The position numbers were made by a program, and so were the translations under genes. Source: an uncultured bacterium (GTDB taxonomy: Bacteria > Actinomycetota > Thermoleophilia > Solirubrobacterales > 70-9). Taken from it: 64,000 nt of DNA. Shown here in pieces: positions 19,873-29,054 of this stretch. The number at the start of each line of letters is the position of its first letter. Position 1 is the stretch's first letter. A model generated the notes under the pieces. That model worked only from the letters and a program-made list of their open reading frames with translations. It made no database searches and was not told the origin of the DNA. Location of the stretch: contig CAWDYV010000002.1 of the NCBI GenBank assembly GCA_963806865.1, positions 89,194 to 153,193 on the forward strand. The letters run 5' to 3'.

Positions 19873-22221
19873 TTGCCAAAGCCCGATCGGGATGCTATGG
19901 AGGCATCCGGAGTACGAACTCGTCGCGGATCGAGCTCGCTGCTTCTGGCGCTCACGCTGGCGTTGGCAGGTGGTGCCGGCATCGCTCATGCGGGCACGAG
20001 CGAGTTGCGCCCGGTCTCCGACCACACCCGCGGCTGGACGCCCGTGCGCGCAAGCGCGACGTGGGAGGCCATTGACGATCCAATCACGGCCGGCCAGCCG
20101 GTCCGGGGGCTCGATCGCGTCTCGGCGCGCAAGGGCCGCAGGACCACGGCTGTGAACCTCGCCGAGCCGGCGATGGCGGGCGAGGACGAGACGCCAGCCA
20201 AGCTTATCGCCCACTTTCATGCGAAGACCGGCATGAAGACTCGCATGCGGGTCTCGTTCCGGGCAGGCAACCGCGTCCTTGCGCGCGACAGGATCGGGCC
20301 GCATTCACCCTCCCGCTGGCGCCACCTGTCAGAAACCCGGCTCGCGGGAGTCGACTTGAGCCAACTCCGCTTGATCTTTCGGTCCTCGCGCCACCGTAAC
20401 GCGACCGTGCGGGCCGCATACGCCGCCCTCAAGACCGAGCCCGTGGATATCGATCCGCCGGACGTCTCGCCTAGCGGGAGCTCCGTCTCGGTGTTCGGCT
20501 CTACGACCACAATCAGGCCCGGCCTCGAGACCCCGACCAACGGGGCGAACCAGGCGAGCCTGGTGGCGGCTCGCAACGAGTTCGAATCGTTCCAGGTAGT
20601 CGTCGACGCCACGGACGGCGCTCTCAACGACGTCGAGATGAAGCTAGACGGGGCGCTCTCGGGCCCTGGCGGAGCGACGATCGCGCCGACCAACGTGACC
20701 GTTTACCGCGAGGAGCATTACGAGGTCTCCGCCGCCAAGGGCAAGCCGCGGTCCTCTCGCAAGGGCGACGAGGGCCGCTGGCCCGACGCGCTCATTCCTG
20801 AGCGCGACCCCTATTACGGTGAGGACCGCTCGGCCTTTCCCGTCGACATCCCGAACGGCAAGAAGGAGGTCGCCTGGATCGACGTCTTCGTGCCGCCGAC
20901 GGCCTCTCCGGGGCTGTATTCCGGTGAGCTTCGGCTGACCGATGCGACCGGTGAGTTGGACACGGTGCCCGTGTGGGTTCGCGTGAGCACCTTCGCGATG
21001 CCATCAACCGCGACCCTCCGGAGCGCTTTCTTGGCGACGCCACCCGGCTACTTCCCGTGCCGGGCCCACCGGTCGACCGACTGGTGCCATCCCGAGGAAG
21101 AGCGCAACTGGAAGCTCGATTACCTCTATGCCCGCGCCGCCTTGGAGAACCGGATGACGATCCCGAACGCGATGCCCGGCGCCTACGGCCAGGCGCCCAC
21201 CTCGCCCTACTTCGAGCAGTACATCCTGCCGTTGATCAAGGGCACCGACGGCGGTGGGATCGACGGCACGCTGGCACCCCGCCTCGAGGGAGCGAAGATG
21301 ACGTCGGTGACGGCGATGTGGATGTGCATCGTTGACCAAACCTGCCTTTCCGAGTGGCGCCAGCTTGCTCAGGAGCACGACTTCGGCTCCAAGTTCTTCG
21401 CCTACGTTTGCGACGAGCCACGCGACGGGAACACCCCGGAGTACTGGAGTGACTGGGGAGATTGTTCTCGGAACTCACGCCGTGCGAAGCAGATCTGGCC
21501 GCAGGTAAAGACGCTGGTCACCTCCCACATCCAGGGCGCCCAAGAGGCGCAGCAGGACGGCTCGATCGACATCAGCCGGGACATCGACATCCTCACCACG
21601 CCGGTCAACTACATGGTGAACCGGCCCTACAACCCGCAGGCGGGCGACCAGAGCTCTGCCTACGACGGGTTCCGCTCGAAGGCAGGCAACGAGAGCTGGC
21701 TTTACACGGCCTGCCCTCAGTTCAGTTGCGACGAGCAGGAGTCGCCCTACTTCGACGGCTGGCCCGCCTACGCCATCGATCAGCCTGCTTCTCAGGCTCG
21801 TGCGATGGGCTGGGTCTCATACCTCTACGGCTCTGACGGCGAACTCTCCCACAACACCGTGCTGGAGCTCGATCAAGCCTGGCAGAACCAATACGCGTTC
21901 GGCGGTAATGGCGACGGCACTCTGTTTTACCCCGGTAGCCCGAGTGGCTTCGGCGGCGCGCCGGCGATCGGGGGTCAGCACGACATCCCGATTGAATCGA
22001 TCAGGATGAAGCGCTTTCGCGAGGGGCGCGAAGACTACGAGCTGCTCAACGCGATGAAGGCGGCGGGCCAGGGTCAGGCGGCGACCGCCGCTGTCACCAC
22101 GCTCCTTGGCCCACGTGACACGGCGATGTTCTCGACCGATGTCTCGCAGGGCAAGATCAGTTCGCTCCGGTGCACCGCGATGACTGCGCTCGATCCGTCG
22201 GTCGCCGCCGACTGCCCGTAG
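19873..22221 (+). CDS. Secreted DUF4091 / GH123-like putative glycoside hydrolase
   Basis: Intact 782-aa ORF with signal peptide SLLLALTLALAGGAGIAHA. NEFESFQVVVDA..., ...GRWPDALIP..., ...VAWIDVFVPPTASPGLYSGELRL match my recollection of DUF4091-containing hydrolases. Family assignment is from memory, not a search. Confidence 0.5.
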   Translation: MPKPDRDAMEASGVRTRRGSSSLLLALTLALAGGAGIAHAGTSELRPVSDHTRGWTPVRASATWEAIDDPITAGQPVRGLDRVSARKGRRTTAVNLAEPAMAGEDETPAKLIAHFHAKTGMKTRMRVSFRAGNRVLARDRIGPHSPSRWRHLSETRLAGVDLSQLRLIFRSSRHRNATVRAAYAALKTEPVDIDPPDVSPSGSSVSVFGSTTTIRPGLETPTNGANQASLVAARNEFESFQVVVDATDGALNDVEMKLDGALSGPGGATIAPTNVTVYREEHYEVSAAKGKPRSSRKGDEGRWPDALIPERDPYYGEDRSAFPVDIPNGKKEVAWIDVFVPPTASPGLYSGELRLTDATGELDTVPVWVRVSTFAMPSTATLRSAFLATPPGYFPCRAHRSTDWCHPEEERNWKLDYLYARAALENRMTIPNAMPGAYGQAPTSPYFEQYILPLIKGTDGGGIDGTLAPRLEGAKMTSVTAMWMCIVDQTCLSEWRQLAQEHDFGSKFFAYVCDEPRDGNTPEYWSDWGDCSRNSRRAKQIWPQVKTLVTSHIQGAQEAQQDGSIDISRDIDILTTPVNYMVNRPYNPQAGDQSSAYDGFRSKAGNESWLYTACPQFSCDEQESPYFDGWPAYAIDQPASQARAMGWVSYLYGSDGELSHNTVLELDQAWQNQYAFGGNGDGTLFYPGSPSGFGGAPAIGGQHDIPIESIRMKRFREGREDYELLNAMKAAGQGQAATAAVTTLLGPRDTAMFSTDVSQGKISSLRCTAMTALDPSVAADCP

Positions 22222-22283
22222 AAAGTCGCCCACTCCTCCCGTTGTCGTGACGCTCTCAGGGAACCGGCTGGCAAACTGCCGAC

Positions 22284-23429
22284 ATGGGGCCAGGGTTGTC
22301 GATCATCGAGGCGCGCCCGCAAGTCGCAGCTATCGCCGCGGGCTGGCGTGATCTCGCTGAGTCCGAGGCCAACGCGTTCATTACGCCCGAGTGGTTCGAG
22401 GCCGGCCTAGACGCTTACGGTGAGTCTTCGACGCCGTTCGTCGTCAGCCTCAATGACTCGGACGGGGCCGTCGCGGCGTTGGCCCCTCTTGTACGCGAGG
22501 GCAAGGGCACTCGCTCGGTCCTTCGGTTCGGGGGCTCGAGTGTGGGCGATCTTTTCTCGTTGCCCGCCATCGACGAGCCCAGCCGCCATGAGCTCTCACG
22601 ACTCATTGGCGAGTTGCTCGCTCGACGGAGAGACTGGGGCTCACTTGTGCTCGAGAACGTCCTGGAGGGGTCGACTTGGGTCGATGAGCTCGGCGCTGCC
22701 GGGCTCTCCATCACGCGTCTTCCCCACCGCGACGAGGTGCTGCCGTTCACGTCGATCGAGGGACAAGACTGGGAGGAGTTCTTCGCGCGCAAGAGCCGCA
22801 ACTTCCGCAGGCAGTTCCGGCGCAAGACGCGAGCGCTCGAGCGGGATCACGAGGTCGAGTTCAGGCTCGTGGAAGACCCGGACCGGCTGCCGGCGGCGAT
22901 GGATACGTTCGAGCGACTTCACCACGCACGCTGGGACGGGCGCGGCGGTTCACAGGCACTGACCGCAAAGGCTCGCCACTTTCACGGCCGGTTCGCGGCC
23001 TCGGCGCTCGAACAGGGGTGGCTCCGTCTCTGGCTCATGATCGCGGACTCACAAGAGGTCGCCGCTTGGTACGGCTGGCGCATCGGAGACCGGTACGCGT
23101 ACTACCTCGCGGGCTTCGACCCCGCCTGGAGCCGGGAGAGCGTGGGCCTCCTGCTCCAGACGCACACCGTGCGCGCGGCGATCGAGGAGGACGCCGCCAT
23201 CTACGACATGCTCTTGGGCGGCGAGGAGTTCAAGTCGCGATTCGCGGACTCGCAGCAACGAGTGTGCACATACGTAATCGCGCGCAAGCTCAGCAGCGCG
23301 CGTTTGATGGCACGAGCCGAGGTCTTCGCTCGCAAAGGCATGGACAGGCTCTCGCCGGAGCTGCGAGCGCGAGTCAAGAAGCGGGTCGGATGGCTGGCCC
23401 GCAGGGCGCCGGCGGACGTCCGCCGATGA
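22284..23429 (+). CDS. CelD/BioF2-like (FemAB-fold, Acetyltransf_6) GNAT-superfamily protein
   Basis: Intact 381-aa ORF. WRDLAE...NAFITPEWFEA, FRRQFRRKTRALE, FERLHHARWDGRGGS, WLRLWLMIADSQEVAAWYGWRIGDRYAYYLAGFDPAWSRESVGLLLQ...AIYDMLLGGEEFKSRF is the typical CelD-like pattern. Confidence 0.7.
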   Translation: MGPGLSIIEARPQVAAIAAGWRDLAESEANAFITPEWFEAGLDAYGESSTPFVVSLNDSDGAVAALAPLVREGKGTRSVLRFGGSSVGDLFSLPAIDEPSRHELSRLIGELLARRRDWGSLVLENVLEGSTWVDELGAAGLSITRLPHRDEVLPFTSIEGQDWEEFFARKSRNFRRQFRRKTRALERDHEVEFRLVEDPDRLPAAMDTFERLHHARWDGRGGSQALTAKARHFHGRFAASALEQGWLRLWLMIADSQEVAAWYGWRIGDRYAYYLAGFDPAWSRESVGLLLQTHTVRAAIEEDAAIYDMLLGGEEFKSRFADSQQRVCTYVIARKLSSARLMARAEVFARKGMDRLSPELRARVKKRVGWLARRAPADVRR

Positions 23430-24568
23430 CGTCCGGATCGCCGGAAGCCTTGGTCACCGACACCCACGATCGAGCCGCGCTCGCCGGGCTGCGCGGCCTC
23501 GGGCGCGCTGGGATTCGAACGATGGCCCTGGCTCCCGACCGGATGGGTGCCGGCATGTGGAGCCGTTATGCGAATGCACGCCTTCGTGGGCCCGATCCGA
23601 CTCGTGATCCGGGGCGATTCGCTCAGCGAGTCCAAGAGATTCTCGAGCGCCACGGGCCCTGTGTGGTCTACCCCGGGCGGGAGGAGGCGATCGACTCTCT
23701 CCTGGGACCGGCGGCGCCCACATCCTTGGCGGCTTTAATGCCGTATCCGTCCCTGGACGGGCTTGCGGCGATCCGCGACAAGCGCCGGCTTCCGGAGCTG
23801 GCGGCAAGCGTGGGGCTCGCGGCGCCCGAGACGGTCTTCGAGGGCGCCCTTGAAAACCTCCGCGACGCGGAGTCCGAGCTTCCCATGGTGGTCAAGTCGG
23901 TGGTGCCCAAAGGCATCCCGGCCGGCCCAAGGTTGATCCGGACCCGCGAGGAGCTCGACGAGCTGACAGGCGAGGGTTCAGGCCAGGAGCAGGTCCTGGC
24001 CCAGCGGCCCGACCCAGGCTCTTTGGCCGCCATCGCGCTCGTCCTCGACCGGAACGGCCAGGTGGCGGCAGTCTTTCAGCAGCGCACTTCACGGACCTGG
24101 CCTCCCACGATGGGAGTCTCAGCGGTCGCATCAAGCGTCGCGCCCGATCTGGACCTGTGTGAGCGGTTAGCAGCGATGCTGCGCGCGGTGGGCTTCGGCG
24201 GCCTCGCCCAAGTGCAGTTTCTCGAGAGCCCGGGAGGACCGGTGGTGATCGACGTCAACCCCCGCTTCTATGGCTCTCTATCGCTTGCGATCGCCGCCGG
24301 CGTGAACCTGCCTGCCATCTGGCATCGAACGGCGACCGGCGAGCCCACGGAGCCGGTGCCGACTTATCCCCCAGGTGTCGTTTACCGGTGGTTCGAGGCA
24401 CGGCTCTTCGCTTTTGCACGCGGCTCGGGGTCGGGGAACGTCCCGGTCGGGCGTGCGAGCGCCGGCGCGGTCTGGGCGCGCGACGATCCCATCGCCAGCG
24501 CCGCCTTGGTCGCTACCACGGTTCGAGGTGCGCTCTCGAAGCGCTTTGGGCGATCCGCGTCGAGTTGA
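23426..24568 (+). CDS. ATP-grasp domain protein (carboxylate-amine ligase-like), paralog 1
   Basis: Intact. ATGA overlap with the upstream gene. ALVTDTHDRAALAGLRGLGRAGI (pre-ATP-grasp), MVVKS, GLAQVQFLESPGGPVVIDVNPRFYGSLSLAIAAGVNLPAIW. Confidence 0.7.
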   Translation: MTSGSPEALVTDTHDRAALAGLRGLGRAGIRTMALAPDRMGAGMWSRYANARLRGPDPTRDPGRFAQRVQEILERHGPCVVYPGREEAIDSLLGPAAPTSLAALMPYPSLDGLAAIRDKRRLPELAASVGLAAPETVFEGALENLRDAESELPMVVKSVVPKGIPAGPRLIRTREELDELTGEGSGQEQVLAQRPDPGSLAAIALVLDRNGQVAAVFQQRTSRTWPPTMGVSAVASSVAPDLDLCERLAAMLRAVGFGGLAQVQFLESPGGPVVIDVNPRFYGSLSLAIAAGVNLPAIWHRTATGEPTEPVPTYPPGVVYRWFEARLFAFARGSGSGNVPVGRASAGAVWARDDPIASAALVATTVRGALSKRFGRSASS

Positions 24569-24588
24569 GGACGGCACGAGGACCCGGG

Positions 24589-25716
24589 ATGCTGGAAGCG
24601 ATCGTCACCGATGGGGGCCTTCGCAACGTCCTTGCCGGAATCCGCGGCTTGGGGCGGGCGGGCGTCCAGATCTTGGTGACGGCGGAGCGAAGTACGGCGG
24701 CCGGGATGCGTTCGCGCTACGCGACGGAGCGAGTAGTGCTGCCCTCGGTCAACGACGACCAGCGGCGCTTCGCTGCCGCAGTAAGTGCGCTGGCTACCGC
24801 GCGAGCAGACGGCCTCGAGCAGCCGATCGTCGTCCATCCTGGTCGTGAGGAGGCGATCGACGCGCTGATCGAGCACGCGCCGGCATCGGAGGCATGGCGG
24901 CTCCCATGGCCGGCGGCATCCGCGCGGCTGCTTCGCCAGAAGGAGTCGCTGGGCCGGCTTGCGAGTGAGGCGGGCGTGCGAACCCCGCGAACGCTCGCGA
25001 TGGGGACCGCGGCCGAGCTTGAGGCCGAGCCGCCGAAGACGCCGTCGATGCTCAAGCCTCTCGGCCCAGGCGGTGGCCGAGTCGTGCCCGCACCTGAGCC
25101 GGCGACGCTCGCGCGCGTGCTTTCTGAGTGGCCTGATGCAAGCGAGTCGATCGTGGTGCAAGAGCGCGTGGACGGCACCCTGGTGTCACTCAGCGTCGTC
25201 GTCGACTCCGACGGCCAAGTCGTGGCCGCGTTTCAGCATCGGGCGTTGAGGACGTGGCCTGAAGCGGCCGGGACGACCTCAGCCGCGATCGGAGAAGCCG
25301 TGGACGACGATCTCCTCGATGCGGCAACTCGGCTCTTGCGCGCGGCTTCTCACCAGGGATTCGCGCAGGTCCAGTTCTTGGCGGATGCAGGCGGCGCTGC
25401 GGTGATCGACGTCAACTGCGGGTTCCCTGGATCGCTGCCCCTGGCTCTCGCCAGCGGCGTCAATCTGCCGCTGACCGCGCACCGCGTTGCGCGTTCTGAG
25501 CCGGTCGTGGCGACCCGGCCCTATCGCACCGGCCTCCGCTACCGCTGGCTCGAAGCGGACCTGATGGCTTTCGTACACGGTCGTCCCGGTGCGCTGTGCC
25601 GAGCACCGGGCTCCATCGGGGCGGTTTGGGCGCGCGACGATCCGGTTCCTAGCGTGCTCTTGACCCTCGATGGGATTATCGCCAGGGCACGCCGTCTCGC
25701 GAGGGTGGCGCGGTGA
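24589..25716 (+). CDS. ATP-grasp domain protein, paralog 2 (tandem with 23426..24568)
   Basis: Intact and colinear with paralog 1. AIVTDGGLRNVLAGIRGLGRAGV..., GFAQVQFLADAGGAAVIDVNCGFPGSLPLALASGVNLPLTAH, AVWARDDP shared near the C-terminus. GTGA overlap with the next gene. Confidence 0.7.
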   Translation: MLEAIVTDGGLRNVLAGIRGLGRAGVQILVTAERSTAAGMRSRYATERVVLPSVNDDQRRFAAAVSALATARADGLEQPIVVHPGREEAIDALIEHAPASEAWRLPWPAASARLLRQKESLGRLASEAGVRTPRTLAMGTAAELEAEPPKTPSMLKPLGPGGGRVVPAPEPATLARVLSEWPDASESIVVQERVDGTLVSLSVVVDSDGQVVAAFQHRALRTWPEAAGTTSAAIGEAVDDDLLDAATRLLRAASHQGFAQVQFLADAGGAAVIDVNCGFPGSLPLALASGVNLPLTAHRVARSEPVVATRPYRTGLRYRWLEADLMAFVHGRPGALCRAPGSIGAVWARDDPVPSVLLTLDGIIARARRLARVAR

Positions 25717-27204
25717 GCGCTGGTCAGGAGTCCGCAGAGCGCTCGTCGAGCTCGACCGCCCGAAACGTCGGCGCTCGAGCCGCCGCCGAGGTGATCGGAA
25801 AGCTCGCGTCCCTTGTCCTGTTCGCGGCAATCGCCCGCAGGCTCGGCGTCGAGCAGCTCGGCGTCTTCGTCCTCGCCTTCTCGGTCGTTCAGATTGCCTT
25901 CGTCGCGATCGATCTCGGTCTCGATCGCTACCTCTTGCGTGAGGTAGCGCGGGACCGCTCGTCCCTGCAAGGGTGGGTGGGCTCGATCCTCGCGGCCAAA
26001 GCGATCCTGGCGGCGCCGGTGCTGGCGGCGACGGTCGCGCTTACTTTCGTCGTGGGGTATACGGGCCAGCAGCAAAAGGCGATCGCGCTCGTCGCCGTCG
26101 CTCTCTTCTTCGACTCTCTGGCTCGAACCGCCTTCGCGGCTTTGAACGCGTTCGAGCGCGGCGATGTGCTGTCGCTCTCGCTATTGGCACAGCGCATCGG
26201 GGCGGCTGGGGCCGGGCTGGCGGTCCTCGCGGCCGGATATGGGGTCGTCGCTGTCTGCGCCGCGTTCGGCGCGGGAACCGCCATCGGCACCGTCGTCGCG
26301 TTCGTAGCCCTGTGTCGAGTCACAGGCCTACGGCTCGGAGCGACTTCGGCCCACCGGCTGGCGGCGAGCTGTCGGCGTCAGCCGCGCCTTTGCCCTGCAA
26401 GACGTCTTCACGCAGCTGCTCTTTCGATTGGACGCGGTCATCCTCTCGGTGATCTCGACGGCGACCGCCGTAGGCATCTATGGCGGCGCCTATCGCCTGC
26501 TCGAGGCGACGTTCTTCATGACCCAGGCCGTCTCGGGCGCGTTCTCCGCGCGCTTTGCCTACCTGAGCCCGACGACCGAGCCCTCGGTCGCAGAGGTGTT
26601 CGAGCGCTCGCTCAAGCTCGCGATCGCGCTCCTGGCGCCGGTGACTGTGCTCTTCGGGGTTCTTCCCTCTCCCCTTCTCGACCTCCTGTTCGGCCCAGAG
26701 CTCGTCGATGCCTCACAGCCGCTCAGGCTCCTCGCGCCCGCCGTGGTCTTGATGGGCATCGTCAAGCTGGGCGGCTCCGTGATCGCCTCGCAGGAGAGTC
26801 CCCGCATCCTGGTTTGGACCACCGCTTCGGCGGTCGTCCTGAACGTGGCCCTCAACCTGGTCTTGATCCCTCGCTACGAGGCAAGCGGCGCTGCGCTTGC
26901 GATGCTGGTGACCGAGGCGCTCCTGGCCGGCGCCATCCTCGTAATCGCGTCACGAGTCGTGGGCGGTCTCGACCTAAAGCGGCTCTTCGCGGCTCCTGCC
27001 CTGGCGACCATCGCGGCGACGGTGGTCGCGCTGGTTCTTCGCGACGAACCTGTGCTTGCGGTCGCCGCCGGACTTGCGGCCTACGCCGCCTCGTTCGTCC
27101 TGGTCGAGCGGGTCGTCAGCCCGGGTGACCTGGCGGCGCTCAGAGGCGTCTTTAAAGGCAAGGAGGCGTCTTGGCGCGATCCGACCGATCATCGTTTCGA
27201 GTGA
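25713..27204 (+). CDS. Oligosaccharide flippase (Wzx-like), copy 2 (one frame break near 26.35 kb)
   Basis: N-terminal half in ORF 25713.. (ARAAAEVIGKLASLVLFAAIARRLG...LGLDRYLLREVARD). C-terminal half in ORF 26428..27204 (AVGIYGGAYRLLEATFF...LNLVLIPRYEASGAALAMLVTEA). Clear paralog of 11210..12682. Confidence 0.75.
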
Positions 27205-27227
27205 TACGGCCGATAAGTAAAGGGTTC

Positions 27228-29054
27228 ATGCTGTTTTACGTGAGATTCAGCTGCACCGGGTGGGCGATCGCCGTGCTTGCTGCGTTGAGCATGGCTGCGT
27301 CTGCTCCGGCCCATACCCCTGGCGCGCATTCGCACGCCCCTCTTTCGGCTGGACATCAGGGCGAGCACGATTTCATCTTGGACGTCCAGCGCCGCTTTGA
27401 CGCCTTGGGTGAGCGTCGTCAGCAAGCCTTGAGCGCGAAGCAAGAGCGCTCCGCTCAGGCGTACGCCGAGCGGACGGCGGCCCGGGGCACGCCTGAGCAA
27501 GTCGGCGCCTGGACTCAGGCGCCGTTCGAGCTGCCCAACTACGCGATCCACGCCATTCTCATGCCCACCGGCAAGGTGCTTTTCTGGGGCTACCCGCCCC
27601 TTTCGCGCTTCAAGAACATCGGGGAGGTGGCCGTCTGGGACCCGGCGAAGGGATACGGAGAAGACGCGTTCGAATCTGTCACGCCGCCTACGATCGACCC
27701 CGACGGTCCTGAGGGCCCCCAAGAGCCGGGTCCCGCCCCGGTCTACTGCTCGGGGCTGTCCCTCCTTCCCAGCGGCGACGTCCTCTTGGCCGGGGGCAAC
27801 TATGTGTGGCCCTCCATTGATCCTGACGACGAGTACGAGGAGTTCAGCGGGATCGACACCGTTTTCACCTTCAACCCCTGGAACGAGTCGTGGGTACAGC
27901 AGCCCTCGATGTCGGAAGGTCATTGGTACCCCTCGCAGGTCCTCCTCGGCGACGGGCGGACACTCATCGCAGGCGGTTACACCGAGGAGGCTCCCGGCGC
28001 CGTCTTGACCGACGACGTCGAGATCTTCACTCCCGGCGCGAATGCGGGCTCGCTGGGCCAGGTCGAGCTTTCAGCTTCAAGCCGCGAGACCGGGCTCTAC
28101 CCGCACATGTTCGGCCTTCCCGACGGCAACGTGCTCCTGGCCGGGCCCAACTACATCGACTCGGCCCTGATCGAACCGCACCCCGAGGACGCGAGCGACT
28201 TCGTCTTCGAGGACCTCGAGCACGCGTCGCGCGACCGCATCGGCGGAACCGCGGTGCTCAGGCCTGCGGGAGCGAACGGGTCGTGGCGGGTGACGCAACT
28301 CGGCGGCTTTGCGTACGGCACGGCGCCCGAAGGCGACGACATACGGCCTGCGACCAACACCACCGAGACGATCGACGCCCGAGCCGGCAAGCGCGATTGG
28401 GCGGAGGACAAACCTTTGAACGTGAGGCGCTGGTACCACAACACGGTGCTCCTGCCCGACCGCTCGATGGTGACGATCGGAGGCGGCGCGGGCCGGTCTA
28501 GCTTGGAAGGGAACAACTACGGGCTCGATCCGGACAATCCCCAGCGCCAGGTCGAGGTCTACGACCCCGCCAGTGACACGTGGCGCCTGGGTCCGGCACA
28601 ACTCGAGGATCGCACCTACCACTCGAGCGCGGTGCTCCTGCCCGATGGGCGCGTCTGGTCTGCAGGCGACGATCTTTACCCGCTGCGTCCCGGTGGAGAG
28701 AAGAGCGAGGTCGACACCGCGGAGCTCTACTCGCCGCCCTATCTCTTCAAGGGCCCTCGCCCCAAGCTTCGCTCGGCGCCCGACCGCATCTCATACGACG
28801 CCCGCTTCACCATTCGCACGCGCAAAGGCTCTCCGCGAGTCACGACCGCGGTCCTGTCGGCGCCCTCTGCCGCAACGCACGGCGCCGACATGCATCAGAG
28901 ACTCGCGCCGTTGCGCGCCAAGAAGTCGAAGGGCACGAAGATCGAGCTCGTGGCGCCGCCGAACGAGAACGTCGCTCCTCCAGGGTTCTACATGCTGTTC
29001 GGCCTGAGCGCGAAGGGCGTGCCGTCGGTCGCGCGCTGGGTCGAGGTCGGCTAG
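27228..29054 (+). CDS. Secreted galactose oxidase / glyoxal oxidase-like protein (kelch propeller plus DUF1929)
   Basis: Intact. Signal peptide WAIAVLAALSMAASAPAHT. GHWYPSQVLLGDGRTLIAGG, RWYHNTVLLPDRSMVTIGGG, YHSSAVLLPDGRVWSAGD. C-terminal ELYSPPYLFKGPRP...SAATHGADMHQR...APPGFYMLFGLSAKGVPSVARWVEV. Confidence 0.75.
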   Translation: MLFYVRFSCTGWAIAVLAALSMAASAPAHTPGAHSHAPLSAGHQGEHDFILDVQRRFDALGERRQQALSAKQERSAQAYAERTAARGTPEQVGAWTQAPFELPNYAIHAILMPTGKVLFWGYPPLSRFKNIGEVAVWDPAKGYGEDAFESVTPPTIDPDGPEGPQEPGPAPVYCSGLSLLPSGDVLLAGGNYVWPSIDPDDEYEEFSGIDTVFTFNPWNESWVQQPSMSEGHWYPSQVLLGDGRTLIAGGYTEEAPGAVLTDDVEIFTPGANAGSLGQVELSASSRETGLYPHMFGLPDGNVLLAGPNYIDSALIEPHPEDASDFVFEDLEHASRDRIGGTAVLRPAGANGSWRVTQLGGFAYGTAPEGDDIRPATNTTETIDARAGKRDWAEDKPLNVRRWYHNTVLLPDRSMVTIGGGAGRSSLEGNNYGLDPDNPQRQVEVYDPASDTWRLGPAQLEDRTYHSSAVLLPDGRVWSAGDDLYPLRPGGEKSEVDTAELYSPPYLFKGPRPKLRSAPDRISYDARFTIRTRKGSPRVTTAVLSAPSAATHGADMHQRLAPLRAKKSKGTKIELVAPPNENVAPPGFYMLFGLSAKGVPSVARWVEVG

